From NCBI GenBank assembly GCA_963820525.1, contig CAWGAA010000001.1, positions 736,001-800,000 on the forward strand: DNA of 64,000 bases, read 5' to 3'. Below, piece by piece: positions 21,672 to 33,000 of the stretch (position 1 is its first letter; every line of letters starts with the position of its first letter). The translations under genes and the position numbers were made by a program. The stretch comes from an uncultured Spirochaetota bacterium (GTDB taxonomy: Bacteria; Spirochaetota; Spirochaetia; SZUA-6; Fen-1364). The notes under the pieces are model-generated. The model saw nothing but the letters and a program-made list of their open reading frames with translations, was not told the origin of the DNA and did not search any database.

Positions 21672-22320
21672 ACCACCATTGTACCACCAGTACTTATTAA
21701 AGTCAATAGCTGGATACAATGATAGAAAAAAAGAGCGGGATAACAAGTCGTTGCAGTTGACCGCCTGGGTTCAGCCTTTCACGGAGGAACGACGTCCGTC
21801 GAACTGGCGCATAATCATCTGATTCGGGGCGGCAACTGAACTCTATGTTATATCCACGCTAAAGAAATTCTTTGTGAGAATATTTTGCTTCTTCTGTTTT
21901 GAATTACTCAAAGCAAATGAAGAATTCTCTTTCACAATCTTGCGGGTTTTACCTTGTTGAATTCTTTTGATACCTGTGCGCGGGCCATCTACGTTCCTGT
22001 TGGAACAGCTCGCGCATGTTAGCAAAAGGGGCATTAATTACCTTTTTTAGCATCACTTTCTTTCGCTTTTCCTGAATTCTATCATCAATCAACTAACCTG
22101 ATATTTTATCCATATCGTGAAGCTTGTCCTTCGGCCCGCGCATATTGGTCTGTTTCCACGTAGATATAACATGCTGTTGGAGTTGACCGCCTAGGCTACG
22201 CTTCATTACCAATAGCTACGGGCGGTAAAGCATTTTGTACTTGGATGATTCGGGGCGGCAACTCAACAGCGTCGTTATGACGCCCAAATTTTCAGTAGCT
22301 TGAATTGCTAATCTGATGAC

Positions 22321-22375
22321 TTGACTTCATGCCTATTGATCGATAAGATTATAGTTGTACGTAGAACTTATCGAT
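22321..22375 (+). promoter_or_regulatory. Sigma70 promoter and palindromic operator of the vapBC cassette
   Basis: TTGACT-17 bp-TAAGAT; inverted repeat ATCGATAAG...CTTATCGAT overlapping the -10. Confidence 0.7.
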
Positions 22376-22386
22376 CGGAGGCTACT

Positions 22387-22593
22387 ATGGCTACAGTAAC
22401 CATATCCCCTAAGTTTCAAGTTGTGATTCCTAAGGATGTCAGACAGAAACTTGGACTTACTCCTGGCCAGAAAGTGCAGACCATCCTTTTTGAAGATCGA
22501 ATTGAACTAATTCCCGTGAAGGCCATTAAAAAGATGAAAGGTTTCCTTAAAGGAATTGATACTCATATTCCTAGAGAATCTGATAGAATATGA
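22387..22593 (+). CDS. vapB: AbrB/MazE/SpoVT family antitoxin
   Basis: MATVTISPKFQVVIPKDVRQKLGL; GGAGG RBS. Confidence 0.9.
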   Translation: MATVTISPKFQVVIPKDVRQKLGLTPGQKVQTILFEDRIELIPVKAIKKMKGFLKGIDTHIPRESDRI

Positions 22594-22967
22594 ATGTTGT
22601 TGATTCTAGCGCTTGGCTTGAATATTTAGCTGCTGGTCCAAATGCTTCATTCTTCTCTGAACCAATTGAGAATATAGCTGAACTAATAGTTCCTACTATT
22701 AGTTTATATGAAGTATTCAAGCGCATAGTCCAACAAAGATCAGAGAATGAAGCTCTTCAAGTAATAGCTGTCATGCAACAAGGCAGGCTAGCAGAATTGG
22801 ATCAAAGAACTGCATTAAGCGCAGCTCGTATAAGTATAGATCATCAATTACCCATGGCAGACAGCATAATATTGGCAACAGCAAGAATAAATAATGCAAT
22901 TCTATGGACTCAAGATTCTCATTTTAAAGGAATTCAAAATGTAAAATATGCTAAATCACAAACCTAA
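22590..22967 (+). CDS. vapC: VapC PIN-domain toxin
   Basis: VVDSSAWLE, YEV, MADSII, WTQD PIN motifs. Confidence 0.92.
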   Translation: MNVVDSSAWLEYLAAGPNASFFSEPIENIAELIVPTISLYEVFKRIVQQRSENEALQVIAVMQQGRLAELDQRTALSAARISIDHQLPMADSIILATARINNAILWTQDSHFKGIQNVKYAKSQT

Positions 22968-23532
22968 TATTTAATAGTTTTTAATTATAAGATTTTTCGG
23001 GGGCGTCATAACATGCTGTTGGAGTTGACCGCCTAGCCTACGTGTCGTGACTTAGAGCTACGCGCGGTAGAGCCTTTTGTACTTGGATGACTCGGGGCGG
23101 CAACTCAACAGCGTCGTTATATCCATCTAGATTTATATTGAGTAGCAAATAAGCAACGAATCATTAATTCAATAATAGAATATAAGACGCTTTTCAATGG
23201 CTTTTTTGCCCATGATGGCGTTGGCATTGTTCTGGAAGGATGGCGGTGTTGTACTACATTTGGTTGCTTGTTTTTAGTTTCAATGTATGGCACGTCACCT
23301 TGGCTTATTGTCACCGATTACATTCGACGGCTCGTATCTAGCTCTTTCAATTGATTCGATAGATCTTTTCTGCTTTCCTCAACTCCATCATACTGGATGG
23401 ACATAACATGCGGTTGGAGTTGTCCGCCTAGGTTACGCGTCGTTACTGATTGTTACGCTTGCTATGGTTCCTTCGGTTGCTGATTCGGGGCGGCAACTCA
23501 ACCGCGTCGTTACACGGCGCTAATTCAATCGC

Positions 23533-23573
23533 TTGACTTCCAAATCAAACTGGTATATATTACGATATATACC
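23533..23573 (+). promoter_or_regulatory. Sigma70 promoter and operator of the second vapBC cassette
   Basis: TTGACT-17 bp-TATATT; palindrome GGTATATAT-TACG-ATATATACC. Confidence 0.65.
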
Positions 23574-23586
23574 TTTGGAGGGAATT

Positions 23587-23823
23587 ATGGATACTGCAAA
23601 GCTTTTCAAGAACGGCCGCAGTCAAGCCGTGCGTCTCCCAAAAGAATACTCGTTTCCGGGAGATGAGGTTTATGTTCGTAAAATAGATGGGGTTGTCATT
23701 CTAATTCCAAAGGATGAAGATCCATGGCAGCCACTTATAGATAGCCTTAACAAATTTACAGATGACTTCTTTACATTTCCAAGAGAACAAGGCTTACCTG
23801 AAAAGCGTACAGATATTGAATGA
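23587..23823 (+). CDS. vapB: VapB antitoxin (VagC-like)
   Basis: MDTAKLFKNGRSQAVRLPKEY. Confidence 0.92.
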   Translation: MDTAKLFKNGRSQAVRLPKEYSFPGDEVYVRKIDGVVILIPKDEDPWQPLIDSLNKFTDDFFTFPREQGLPEKRTDIE

Positions 23824-23862
23824 CTTACCTATTGGATACAAATATATGTATTTACCTCATTA

Positions 23863-24973
23863 TACATAGCGTCCTAAGTAATTGCGCATAGACGACGTAA
23901 TGTTTCATTTGGAGCCTCCCACTGAGCGAAGCGGTCTTCAACCGCGGACGTGACATCGCTCATAGTAGGGAAGTATCTGTTATGCAGACAGAGCCGTCTG
24001 GTGAGCTTCCACATCCTTTCGATTGGGTTCAGATCGGGACTATACGGCGGCAGATAATCGAGTATGAAAGATGCACTGTGCTCCTCGCGCCACTGCTTGT
24101 GGAGCTTTGCATGGTGGTATCTAGCATTATCAGTGATCACGACGATGCGCCTTTGACTCTTTGAAGTTCTGAAGCGCAATTGCTTCATGAACACGAAGAA
24201 TGTATTCGCGTCGAAACTATCCTCTTCGCGTTTGAAGAAGAATTTGCCGTCGCGCAGACGAACGGCACCGAAGTATCCCACGCTCTTTCGCCCGGGATAA
24301 TGTAACAGTACCGGATCTTTGACTTCGGGTGGAACCCACATTCGGCATCGTGAGCCGTACTGCTGAAAGTGTACCTCATCCGTCGCCCACAAATCTATCT
24401 CTTCATCCAGCATCAACGCCTTGAGTTTTTTTTATAATCGGTCTGGCGAGCCGGATCGGCTCGCGCAATTATTGGGCGAGGCTTGCGTAGTCGGAAGTTG
24501 AGTTGTCGAAAGACGCGTTGACATTGACGTACACCCAATCTGACTTTATAGCGCTGTACAATGAAGGCGGAGAGTGTCTTTCCATCCCATAGGTTACCAG
24601 ACAATCCAGCAGCAGTTGGTGATTGTCGAAGAGCGCGGCTTACTTCTTGTATTTGCTCAGGTTTGAGGCGTGTGGGTCGTCCAGTTCGGTCGCCTTCAAC
24701 AATGCCCGCGAGTCCCTCCGCCTCGAAGCGGCGAATCCAATACTGCACGGTTCGGGGTGCATCGCCGAGAAAATGCGCAACCTCAATACAGCTCATTCCC
24801 TGGGCTACTAGCAGAATGCCATGAAGTCGATGATCATAGCGGGATTCCTGTGAACGACGGATTTCGTCTTGCAGTCCAAGGATGATAGTGGGGGCATCCG
24901 CGATAATCAGTTGTTTCATTCCTATATAAAATCACATTATGCAATTATGCGCAATTACTTAAGACGCTCTGTA
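23863..24973 (-). mobile_element. IS630-family element, intact (1111 bp)
   Basis: IRs; TA duplication at 23861-62 and 24974-75. Confidence 0.94.
23874..24919 (-). CDS. IS630 transposase (orfA 24413-24919 + orfB 23874-24416, probably fused by -1 frameshift at an A8C run)
   Basis: HTH and DDE halves; TATAAAAAAAAC near the end of orfA, orfB in the -1 frame. Confidence 0.88.
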
Positions 24974-25534
24974 TAACAAGAAACCGCCTATAGTTCTTGA
25001 TCATATTCGTTCAAAACGCCCAGATGAGGTAGCAATCTCAGCCATTACAATAGCAGAATTAGAATATGGAGTCTTGCGTAGCAAATATCCAGATCAAAAT
25101 AGAATAGCGCTTCTTGAATTCTTGGTTCCTTTTTCAATTATAGACTTTGACCAAATCTCCGCTACTCAGTATGGATACATTCGCAAGGAATTAGAATCTA
25201 AAGGAAAACCAATTGGACCAATGGATTTACTGCTTGCAGCTCAGGCTATATCGAGAAACCTGATCTTTGTAACAAATAATGAAAAGGAATTTCTAAGGAT
25301 AAAAAATCTAAGAACTGAAAATTGGGCTAAGAAATAATGGATAAATAATGCGCCGTGTAACATGCTGTTGGAGTTGACCCCTTAGACTACGTTCGGAAAG
25401 TGCAGCATACGCACGCTAAACCTCCGCTGCCCTGCTTCGGGCGGCGGGGCAACTCAACAGCGTCGTTAGGCAGACACAAGAGAGCTATTTCATATATCCT
25501 TGAGTTTCTCTTCTCACGTTTCCGGGTAGAATAG

Positions 25535-26017
25535 ATGAATATTGCTCTTGAATCACTTGCAGAATTCCTTGTTAAAGCAAAACAAATAACCTATGCCTCA
25601 GGCGGCTCGAATAGCTCTTACACTGTCCCTCCCCTTTTCAAAGATTCTCATCAACTCGAGTATACGATCGATGATCTTCATTATGAAGATGTCTATTTTG
25701 GACAATCACATTTTGCTGGACAAGAAGTAGTTTTTTTCAAAGATAAATGTATCTGGTCAATGTGCTATTCGGGCGGATGGACTGATCTGTTGACCGATAA
25801 GAATGAAATACTTTCAATTGCTTCCGTCCTTCAAGCTTCTCTTCGCCAAGTACCTTCTGAAATCCCATTCCGAGGTCCAAAGTTCTTGAACCTCACGCCT
25901 TACACATATAATAATCACGTCATTGGAGATATAAGATTATTTCAAGGAATAGAAGATATTCAGAGAGATAATATCATTTTGTATAAGCTTTCATATTCTG
26001 GCGGACTAATAGATTAG
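25535..26017 (+). CDS. DUF5680-like protein
   Basis: FLVKAKQITYA, YEDVYFG, FAGQEVV, WSMCYSG, PFRGP. Confidence 0.8.
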   Translation: MNIALESLAEFLVKAKQITYASGGSNSSYTVPPLFKDSHQLEYTIDDLHYEDVYFGQSHFAGQEVVFFKDKCIWSMCYSGGWTDLLTDKNEILSIASVLQASLRQVPSEIPFRGPKFLNLTPYTYNNHVIGDIRLFQGIEDIQRDNIILYKLSYSGGLID

Positions 26018-26076
26018 AAGATTTCTGGTTTGAAGAGAAAGAAAAGAAGGAATTATTGTTAAGAAAATAGTGTCTG

Positions 26077-27162
26077 CCTGAATTCAACCTCGAAGTGCAA
26101 CGATTCTTATTTTTCATGATACACCTCCTGGAGCGTTCTGTAGCCGTGCCGTTTTCTAGGCCTTGAGTTTAGGCTAAAGGCAATCTGCTCGCATAGAGCT
26201 TGAGTGACATCCCTCATGCAGGTTTTCTTTGGAAGATACTGACGGATCAAACCGTTTAGGTTCTCGTTGCTGCCTCGCTCCCAGGAATGATAAGGCGTTG
26301 CAAAGTAGCATTTCAGTTCGGAATGATCCTCCAGGGGCCTGTAGTCATGGAATTCTGTACCGTTGTCCAAGGTGAGTGTCTTGAAGTTGGCTACGTTCTC
26401 CCTAATAGCCGGCAGTGCTGCCTCTGTTACTGAGGCTGCTGTTCTTGAGCTCATTTTCCTTATGATAGCAAATCCCGACTTTCGTTCCACCAGAGTGAGG
26501 ATGCAGTGATGAAGGTCCCTGCCCATGACGGTGTCGCCCTCCCAATGACCCAATTCTTTACGAGTTTCAACCTCTGGAGGCCTCGTTGAAATATGGCGTT
26601 TTCCTGGGAGAATTCCTCTTGAATCCCTTGAATTGTAACGTTTTCGCCGCAGTTTCGGCATGATTCGAAGGTTCTTAAATAGCGTTCCTCCATGTTTCTT
26701 ATCGTTCAGGATGTACTTGTAGATGGTCTCGTGACTGATTGTGAATGATCCATTCTTCTTCTGGTAAGCAGATATCTGTTCAGGGCTCCATTTCTCTTTC
26801 AAAAGAACAGTTACTTGCTGCATTTGTTCTGGGCTGAAGCGCGAACCGCGCCTTTCACGTCGCCGTCTTGCAGTTGAATAGCTTTGGGCAAGCTCAGCTC
26901 GGTACCTCAAGTCATGGTTAGTTCGGTTTCGATGAAGTTCCCTGCTGATCGTGCTAGCTGAGCGACCTAGCTCACGTGCAATGTCAGCTTTAGATCTTCG
27001 GCTTACTAAAAAAGCTGTTATGGTGTATCTTTCTTCTCGAGAGAGTTGGTGATAGTTATTCATGTATGAATCCCCTTTCTTGGCGGAAAATGGAGGCATA
27101 CAATAATATCTCAGCTCTCTCATTTTTAATCCATATCGTTGCGCTTACTATTTGAACCTGCG
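26077..27162 (-). mobile_element. IS30-family element copy 1 (1086 bp; transposase 26107-27123)
   Basis: Imperfect IRs CCTGAATTCAACCTCGAAGTGCAACGAT / CGCAGGTTCAAATAGTAAGCGCAACGAT; CTG duplication; WSPEQI, GHWEGDTV, DNGTEF, WERGSNENLNGLIRQYLPK. Confidence 0.95.
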
Positions 27163-28597
27163 CTGCCTAACATGCTGTTGGAGTTGACCGCCAAGGTTAC
27201 GCTTCGTGACTTTTAACTACGCGCGCTAAAGCCTTTTGTACTTAGATGATTCGGGGCGGCAACTCAACAGCGTCGTTATATCCATCTTGATTTATATTGA
27301 TTAGTGAAGAAGCATAGGATTATTAATTCGATAATAATAAAAGACGTTTTTCAATTGCCTATTTGCCTATGATGGCGTTGACATTGCTCTGTAAGGATGG
27401 CGGTGTTGTACTACATTGCTTGCTTTTCTTTAGTTTCAATACATGGCACGTCACCTCGGCTTGCCAACACCGATTGCATTCAACGGCTCGGATCAAGCTC
27501 CTTCAATTGATTCGATAGATCTTTTCTGCTATCCTCAACGCCATCATACTGGATGGATATAACATGCTGTTGGAGTTGTCCGCCTAGGCTACGCGTCGTT
27601 ACCAATAGCTACGCGCATTGAAGTCTTGGTACTTGGATGATTCGGGGCGGCAACTCAACAGCGTCGTTACATCCACGCTAATAATTTCTTTGAGAGAATA
27701 TTTTGCCTGTTCTGTTTTGAATTATTCAAAGCAAATAAAGAATTCTATTTAGCAATCTTGCAGGTTTTACTTTGGTGAATTCCTCTGATACTTTTGCGCG
27801 GGCCATGTAAGTTCCCATTGGAACAGCTCGCGCCCATTAGCTGAAAGGGTATCATCAACTTTTAACATCATTTTCTTTCGCTATGCCCGAATTCTATCAT
27901 CAATCAATTAACCTTATATTTTCTTTATATCGTGAAGCTTCTTTGCTGGCCCGCGCATATTGTTCTGTTTCCGCGTAGATGTAACATGCTGTTGGAGTTG
28001 TCCGCCTAGGCTACGCGTCGTTACTGATAGCTACGCGTGTTGAAGTATTTGTACTTAGATGATTCGGGGCGGCAACTCAACAGCGTCGTTATATCCATCT
28101 AGATTTATATTGATTAGCAAATAAGCAACGAATTATTAATTCAATAATAGAAGATAAGACGCTTTTCAATAGCTTTTTGCCCATGATGGCGTTGGCATTG
28201 TTCTGGAAGGATGGCGGTGTTGTACTACATTTGGTTGCTTGTTTTTAGTTTCAATGTATGGCACGTCACCTTGGCTTATTATCACCGATTACATTCAACG
28301 GCTCGTATCAAGCTCTTTCAATTGATTCGATAGATCTTTCCTGCTTTCCTCAACGCCATCATACTGGATGGACATAACATGCGGTTGGAGTTGTCCGCCT
28401 AGGTTACGCGTCGTTACTGATTGTTACGCTTGCTATGGTTCCTTCGGTTGCTGATTCGGGGCGGCAACTCAACCGCGTCGTTATACGTTTTAGAAATCGA
28501 AAGCAAAACATTATATTTCAATTTATAAGGTATTTTGTTGACTCCAATCATTTTAAAGCACATCCTATAGTCAGACCTAAACCTTTGCTTAAGTGTT

Positions 28598-29131
28598 ATG
28601 AAATGTTCTGTTTTCATAGCAACAAGCCTTGACGGCTGCATATCACGTGCAAACGGAAACATTGACTGGCTAATTAGCATATCTGATGCAAAAGAAGACT
28701 ATGGATACAATGCTTTTTACCAATCCACAGATTGTCTAGTAATTGGGCGCAAAACATATGAAACAGCCCTGTCATTTGGACAATGGCCTTACGAAAACAA
28801 AAAGGTCATAGTACTCACATCTAATCCGAGTACCATAAACAAGAGATTGGGTTTAGATGTTCAAACGATGTCTTTATCTCCTTTAGAGATTTTAAAAACA
28901 CTAGAATCAAACGGATATAAGCATGCGTATATTGATGGAGGAAAAACAATACAATCCTTTTTAAATGAAGGCCTTATCAATGAAATCACAATTACCTTTA
29001 TACCAATACTAATAGGAGACGGGATCCGATTATTTGGTCCTCTGAATTCCGATATAATACTCAAACACATTGAAACCAAAACTTATTCAAATGGCTTTGT
29101 ACAAATCAAATACGCATTATCAATTTTTTAA
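28598..29131 (+). CDS. Dihydrofolate reductase/RibD C-terminal family protein
   Basis: IATSLDGCI, IGRKTYE, YIDGG, PILIGDGIRLF. Confidence 0.9.
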   Translation: MKCSVFIATSLDGCISRANGNIDWLISISDAKEDYGYNAFYQSTDCLVIGRKTYETALSFGQWPYENKKVIVLTSNPSTINKRLGLDVQTMSLSPLEILKTLESNGYKHAYIDGGKTIQSFLNEGLINEITITFIPILIGDGIRLFGPLNSDIILKHIETKTYSNGFVQIKYALSIF

Positions 29132-29629
29132 ATGACTATAATTTATCAGTATTCATAATTTTAAAACAAAGGAAAACGTATAACATGCTGTTGGAGCAGA
29201 CCGCTTAAGCTACGCGTCGTGACTTATTACTACGCGTGCTAAATTAATTGTTCCTGGTTGATGCGGCGCGGCTGCTCAACTCATTGTTACATCCACGCTA
29301 ATAATTTCTTTGAGAGAATATTTTGCCTGTTCTGTTTTGAATTATTCAAAGCAAATAAAGAATTCTATTTAGCAATCTTGCAGGTTTTACTTTGGTGAAT
29401 TCCTCTGATACTTTTGCTCGGGCCATGTAAGTTCCCATTGGAACAGCTCGCGCCCATTAGCTGAAAGGGCATCATCAACTTTTAACATCATTTTCTTTCG
29501 CTATGCCCGAATTCTATCATCAATCAATTAACCTTATATTTTCTTTATATCGTGAAGCTTCTTTGCTGGCCCGCGCATATTGTTCTGTTTCCGCGTAGAT
29601 GTAACATGCTGTTGGAGTTGACCGCCTAG

Positions 29630-31371
29630 CCCGCATTTCTCACAAACGGCACTCTGCGCAGTCTAATCATCATGAGGCGGGGCTCAACTTTGAAAAACGG
29701 TCTATTCCTTGCTGTCAGCCCCTACACGTAGATCGATTTCGTGACCCGAGTCAGTTCAATCGCCCGATTGAGCGCACTTTACAGTTCATAAGGGAAGATT
29801 CGGCGACTTCAGGACAGTCTTCTCCCAATAAACTACTCAAGACAAGGCTCAATACACGCTAACCCGATTGAAGGGAGAGTTCGTGAATACTCAGAATCAC
29901 CTGACGGAAAAGCTCTTGATATGGATAACCGCTTGCGAAGCTCACATAGATCCGGCGCACACTGACGCGCACCTGTGCGCCAATCTTCAATAGCTTCAAA
30001 CGAATCGTGTCGCACTGTGCCGAGGCCAGCTCTGTCCCCTTCAAAGCGGTCCTTCTGAGGGCACTCATGATTACGTAGGCCGCAGAGGAGAACCACAACC
30101 GAAGCTGATTCGCCCTCATCGTGGCGGAACTGGTTCGATCTGCAAAAAGGTAAAGCTGCTGTTCTTTGATACGATTCTCCATGTCTCCGCGAGCACAATA
30201 GAGCTGCTCGTACAGCTGCTGGCCAGGGAAGCGGTCCTGCATAAGTGAAGTCACCACAAACCGAGGGTTCTCTCCCTTGCGCAGATACTCCGCCTTGGCG
30301 ACAACACGTCTGCTTTTCGACCATGTCTTTTTCGTCCGATAGATCAGCTCCGCGTACTTTCGCGACGGCTCACCAGTGGACAGATACTGCCTGCGGGCTT
30401 CTGAAAGCTCCTTGCGGATCTTGCGTAAGAGGCGTGCGTTTTTCGCGATTCCGAACAGGAAATCCACGTCGTTGGACTCGCACCACACCATGATCGCTTC
30501 CCGGCAGAACCCGCTGTCGGCCCGCACAACAATACGTACCTGCGGCCATCGCTCACGGATCTGCGCAACGATCCTCGCCAACTCCTTCTCGGCACCCGAA
30601 CATGCGTCTATATTGGAGGGACGTAGCTTCGCACATAAAAGATGATCCCCGCAGAAGATGTACAACGGCAGGTAGCAATAACAATCATAATAGCCATGAA
30701 AGAACCTGCCCTCTTGATTGCCGTGCAGAGGGTCGTCGGTTGCATCCAGATCCAACACGATTTCTTCAGGAGCTTGCTCATAACTGGCCAGGAATGTGTT
30801 CACCAGGAACATCCCAACCATTGTTTCGTTCACCGTGATTTTCTTGTATCGATGCGTAGAGAGGCTTGCCCCGCCGGCGGTCTCAAGCCGATTCAGCGTG
30901 CTTTTTCCGGCAAGGGCTTTGCCTCTGTCCCGTTTCTGCCTCCTCGTTTCCCCGTTGACATCGAGTTTCCCGCAAACGGCAGCCAGAACGGGATCTTTGC
31001 GCAGCTGGTCGTGATCGTTGAGGTCTTCGTATCCCAGGCAAATGCCGAATACCCTTTGGCTTATCAATTGCTCGATGGAATGCTCGATATAGCCTTTCTC
31101 TCGATAGTCTGTGAAACAGCCCGCGAATGCTTTGATGATGCCTGTGGCGCGTTCGACCTCTCGAAGAATGAGAGCGCCGGCATCGGAACTGATCGCGCCT
31201 CCGTCGAAGTTTCCGACTACCTTTTTCTTGCCAAGGTCTTGAAAGCTAAACAGGGATGGTGTACAGTCTGTTTGCATCGTATAGCCTTTCTGTTCTGGTT
31301 TATTTTGTTTGTTGCAAAGCAATTATACCAGAGCGAAAGGCTTTTTCATATCCATTTGTGAGAAATGCGGG
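29630..31371 (-). mobile_element. IS1380-family element (type 2) inserted inside an attC site
   Basis: IRs CCCGCATTTCTCACAAA; CTAG duplication at 29626-29 and 31372-75. Confidence 0.93.
29859..31322 (-). CDS. IS1380-family transposase
   Basis: Homologous to 8355-9815; LDLDATDD, RADSGF, RGDMENRIKE. Confidence 0.93.
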   Translation of the reverse strand: MLCNKQNKPEQKGYTMQTDCTPSLFSFQDLGKKKVVGNFDGGAISSDAGALILREVERATGIIKAFAGCFTDYREKGYIEHSIEQLISQRVFGICLGYEDLNDHDQLRKDPVLAAVCGKLDVNGETRRQKRDRGKALAGKSTLNRLETAGGASLSTHRYKKITVNETMVGMFLVNTFLASYEQAPEEIVLDLDATDDPLHGNQEGRFFHGYYDCYCYLPLYIFCGDHLLCAKLRPSNIDACSGAEKELARIVAQIRERWPQVRIVVRADSGFCREAIMVWCESNDVDFLFGIAKNARLLRKIRKELSEARRQYLSTGEPSRKYAELIYRTKKTWSKSRRVVAKAEYLRKGENPRFVVTSLMQDRFPGQQLYEQLYCARGDMENRIKEQQLYLFADRTSSATMRANQLRLWFSSAAYVIMSALRRTALKGTELASAQCDTIRLKLLKIGAQVRVSVRRIYVSFASGYPYQELFRQVILSIHELSLQSG

Positions 31372-32663
31372 CTAGGCTACGCGTCGTTACTGATAGCTAC
31401 GCGTGTTGAAGTATTTGTACTTAGATGATTCGGGGCGGCAACTCAACAGCGTCGTTATCTCCATCTCAATTTATCTTGATTAGAAATGAAGTAAAGAATT
31501 ATTAATTCAATGATCTTTGATAAGACGTTTTTCAATAGCTTGTTTGCACATGATGGCGTTGGCATTGCTCTGGAAGGATGGCGATGTTGTACTACATTGC
31601 CTGCTTGTCTTTAGTTTCAATGCATGGCACGCCACCTTGGCTTATTATCACCGATTACATTCTACGGCTTAGATCAAGCTCTTTCAAATGATTCGCTAGA
31701 TCTTTTCTGCTTTCCTCAACGCCATCATACTGGATGGAGATAACATGTCGTTGCAGCTGACCGCCCAAGTTACGCGTCGTCACTTGAAACTACGCGTTCT
31801 CAGGTATTTCATTTTCTTGAGGCGGGGCGGCAGCTGAACTCCTTGTTATATCCAATCAAATTTATGATGATTAGAAATGATGTAAAGAATTATAATTCAA
31901 TAATATTGGATAGGAGGTTTTTCAATAGATTGCTTTCCCATGATGGCGTTGACATTGCTCTGGAAGGATGGCGGTGTTGTACTACTTTTCATGCTTGTCT
32001 TTAGTTTCAATGCATGGTACGTCACCTTGGCTTATTATCACCGATTACATTCTACGGCTTGGATCAAGCTCTTTCAATTGATTCGCTATATCTTTTCTGC
32101 TTTCCTCAACGCCATCATACTGGATGGATATAACATGCTGTTGGAGTTGACCGCCTAGGCTACGCACCGTGACTAGTAGCTACGCGCGGTAAAACCTTTT
32201 GTACTTGGATGATTCGGGGCGGCAACTCAACAGCGTCGTTACATTCAACGCTAAGAATTCTTTTATAGGAAGATTCCCTTTGTTTTTCTATTATAACTCA
32301 AGATAAATGAAGACTATTCAATTTAGCTATATTGCATATTTTACCTCGTTGAATTCTTGTCTTACTTTTGCGCGGGCCATGTAAGTTCCCATTGGAACAG
32401 CTCGCGCTCATTAGCTGAAAGGGCGTTATTAACCTTTCTGGAATCGTATTCTTTCGCTATTGGTTGAATTCTATCATCAATCAATCAACCTTGTATTTCG
32501 TTCATGTCTTAGACTTCTCTGTTGGCCCGCGCATATTGTTTTGTTTCCGCGTAAATGTAACATTCGGTTGGAGCAGACCGCTTGGGCTACGCATCGTTAC
32601 TAATTGCTACGCTTGCTAAAATAATTGTACCTAGATGATTCGGCGCGGCTGCTCAACCGTGCG

Positions 32664-33000
32664 TTATATTCACGCATATTGAAGATTCTTAGATAATTTC
32701 AGTATTAGTTCCCTGTATACGTATGCTTGAGTATTGCTATCATAAAGGGCTTTTTTCCTATTTGAGTAATGTTGTGAGATTCACCTCTTTCATTTCTTTT
32801 CTTTCCTTTGCGCGGGCCCTGGTAGTCACTAGGTCAAAGCTCGCGCCACTCTTTTGGTGGCCTCTCTTACCTTTTAACCTTGTTTTCTTTCGTTCAAGGT
32901 TGAAGTCTAGATTCAACCTGTTGCGGTCAGCTTTTTTCACTCTCTTATAGTTCTCTGCATCGGCCCGCGCTAGTCTCTTATGTTTCCGCGTAAATATAAC
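32664..33000. other. Gene-less cassette family C (diverged relative of A; 4 copies)
   Basis: Shares GCGCGGGCC/GGCCCGCGC, AGCTCGCGC and TGTTTCCGCGTA with family A. Copies: 32664-33000, 33104-33440, 37135-38560(IS30), 39055-39391. Confidence 0.85.

Larger units (their letters stand above)
23820..25337 (+). pseudogene. vapC: VapC toxin interrupted by IS630 after codon 14
   Basis: MTYLLDTNICIYLI | NKKPPIVL...ELEYG...IGPMDLLLAAQA...VTNNEKEF. Confidence 0.92.

Noticed and set aside
28598..29131. dfr trimethoprim-resistance gene call (also 57549-58184)
   Set aside because: Motifs fit the widespread RibD-C/DHFR-like family rather than DfrA/DfrB; resistance is not supported.
31940..32158. Hydrophobic plus-strand ORFs in family B (MMALTLLWKDGGVVL...) as type I toxin-like peptides
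   Set aside because: Different copies give ORFs in different frames and lengths, some running into attC; no conserved RBS; hydrophobicity follows from the T-rich strand.
32723..32950. Family C ORFs on both strands (75 aa + and 60 aa -)
   Set aside because: The plus ORF has a stop in copy 39055; the minus ORF does not match the family A frame and the copies are too similar to show coding selection. Left uncalled.
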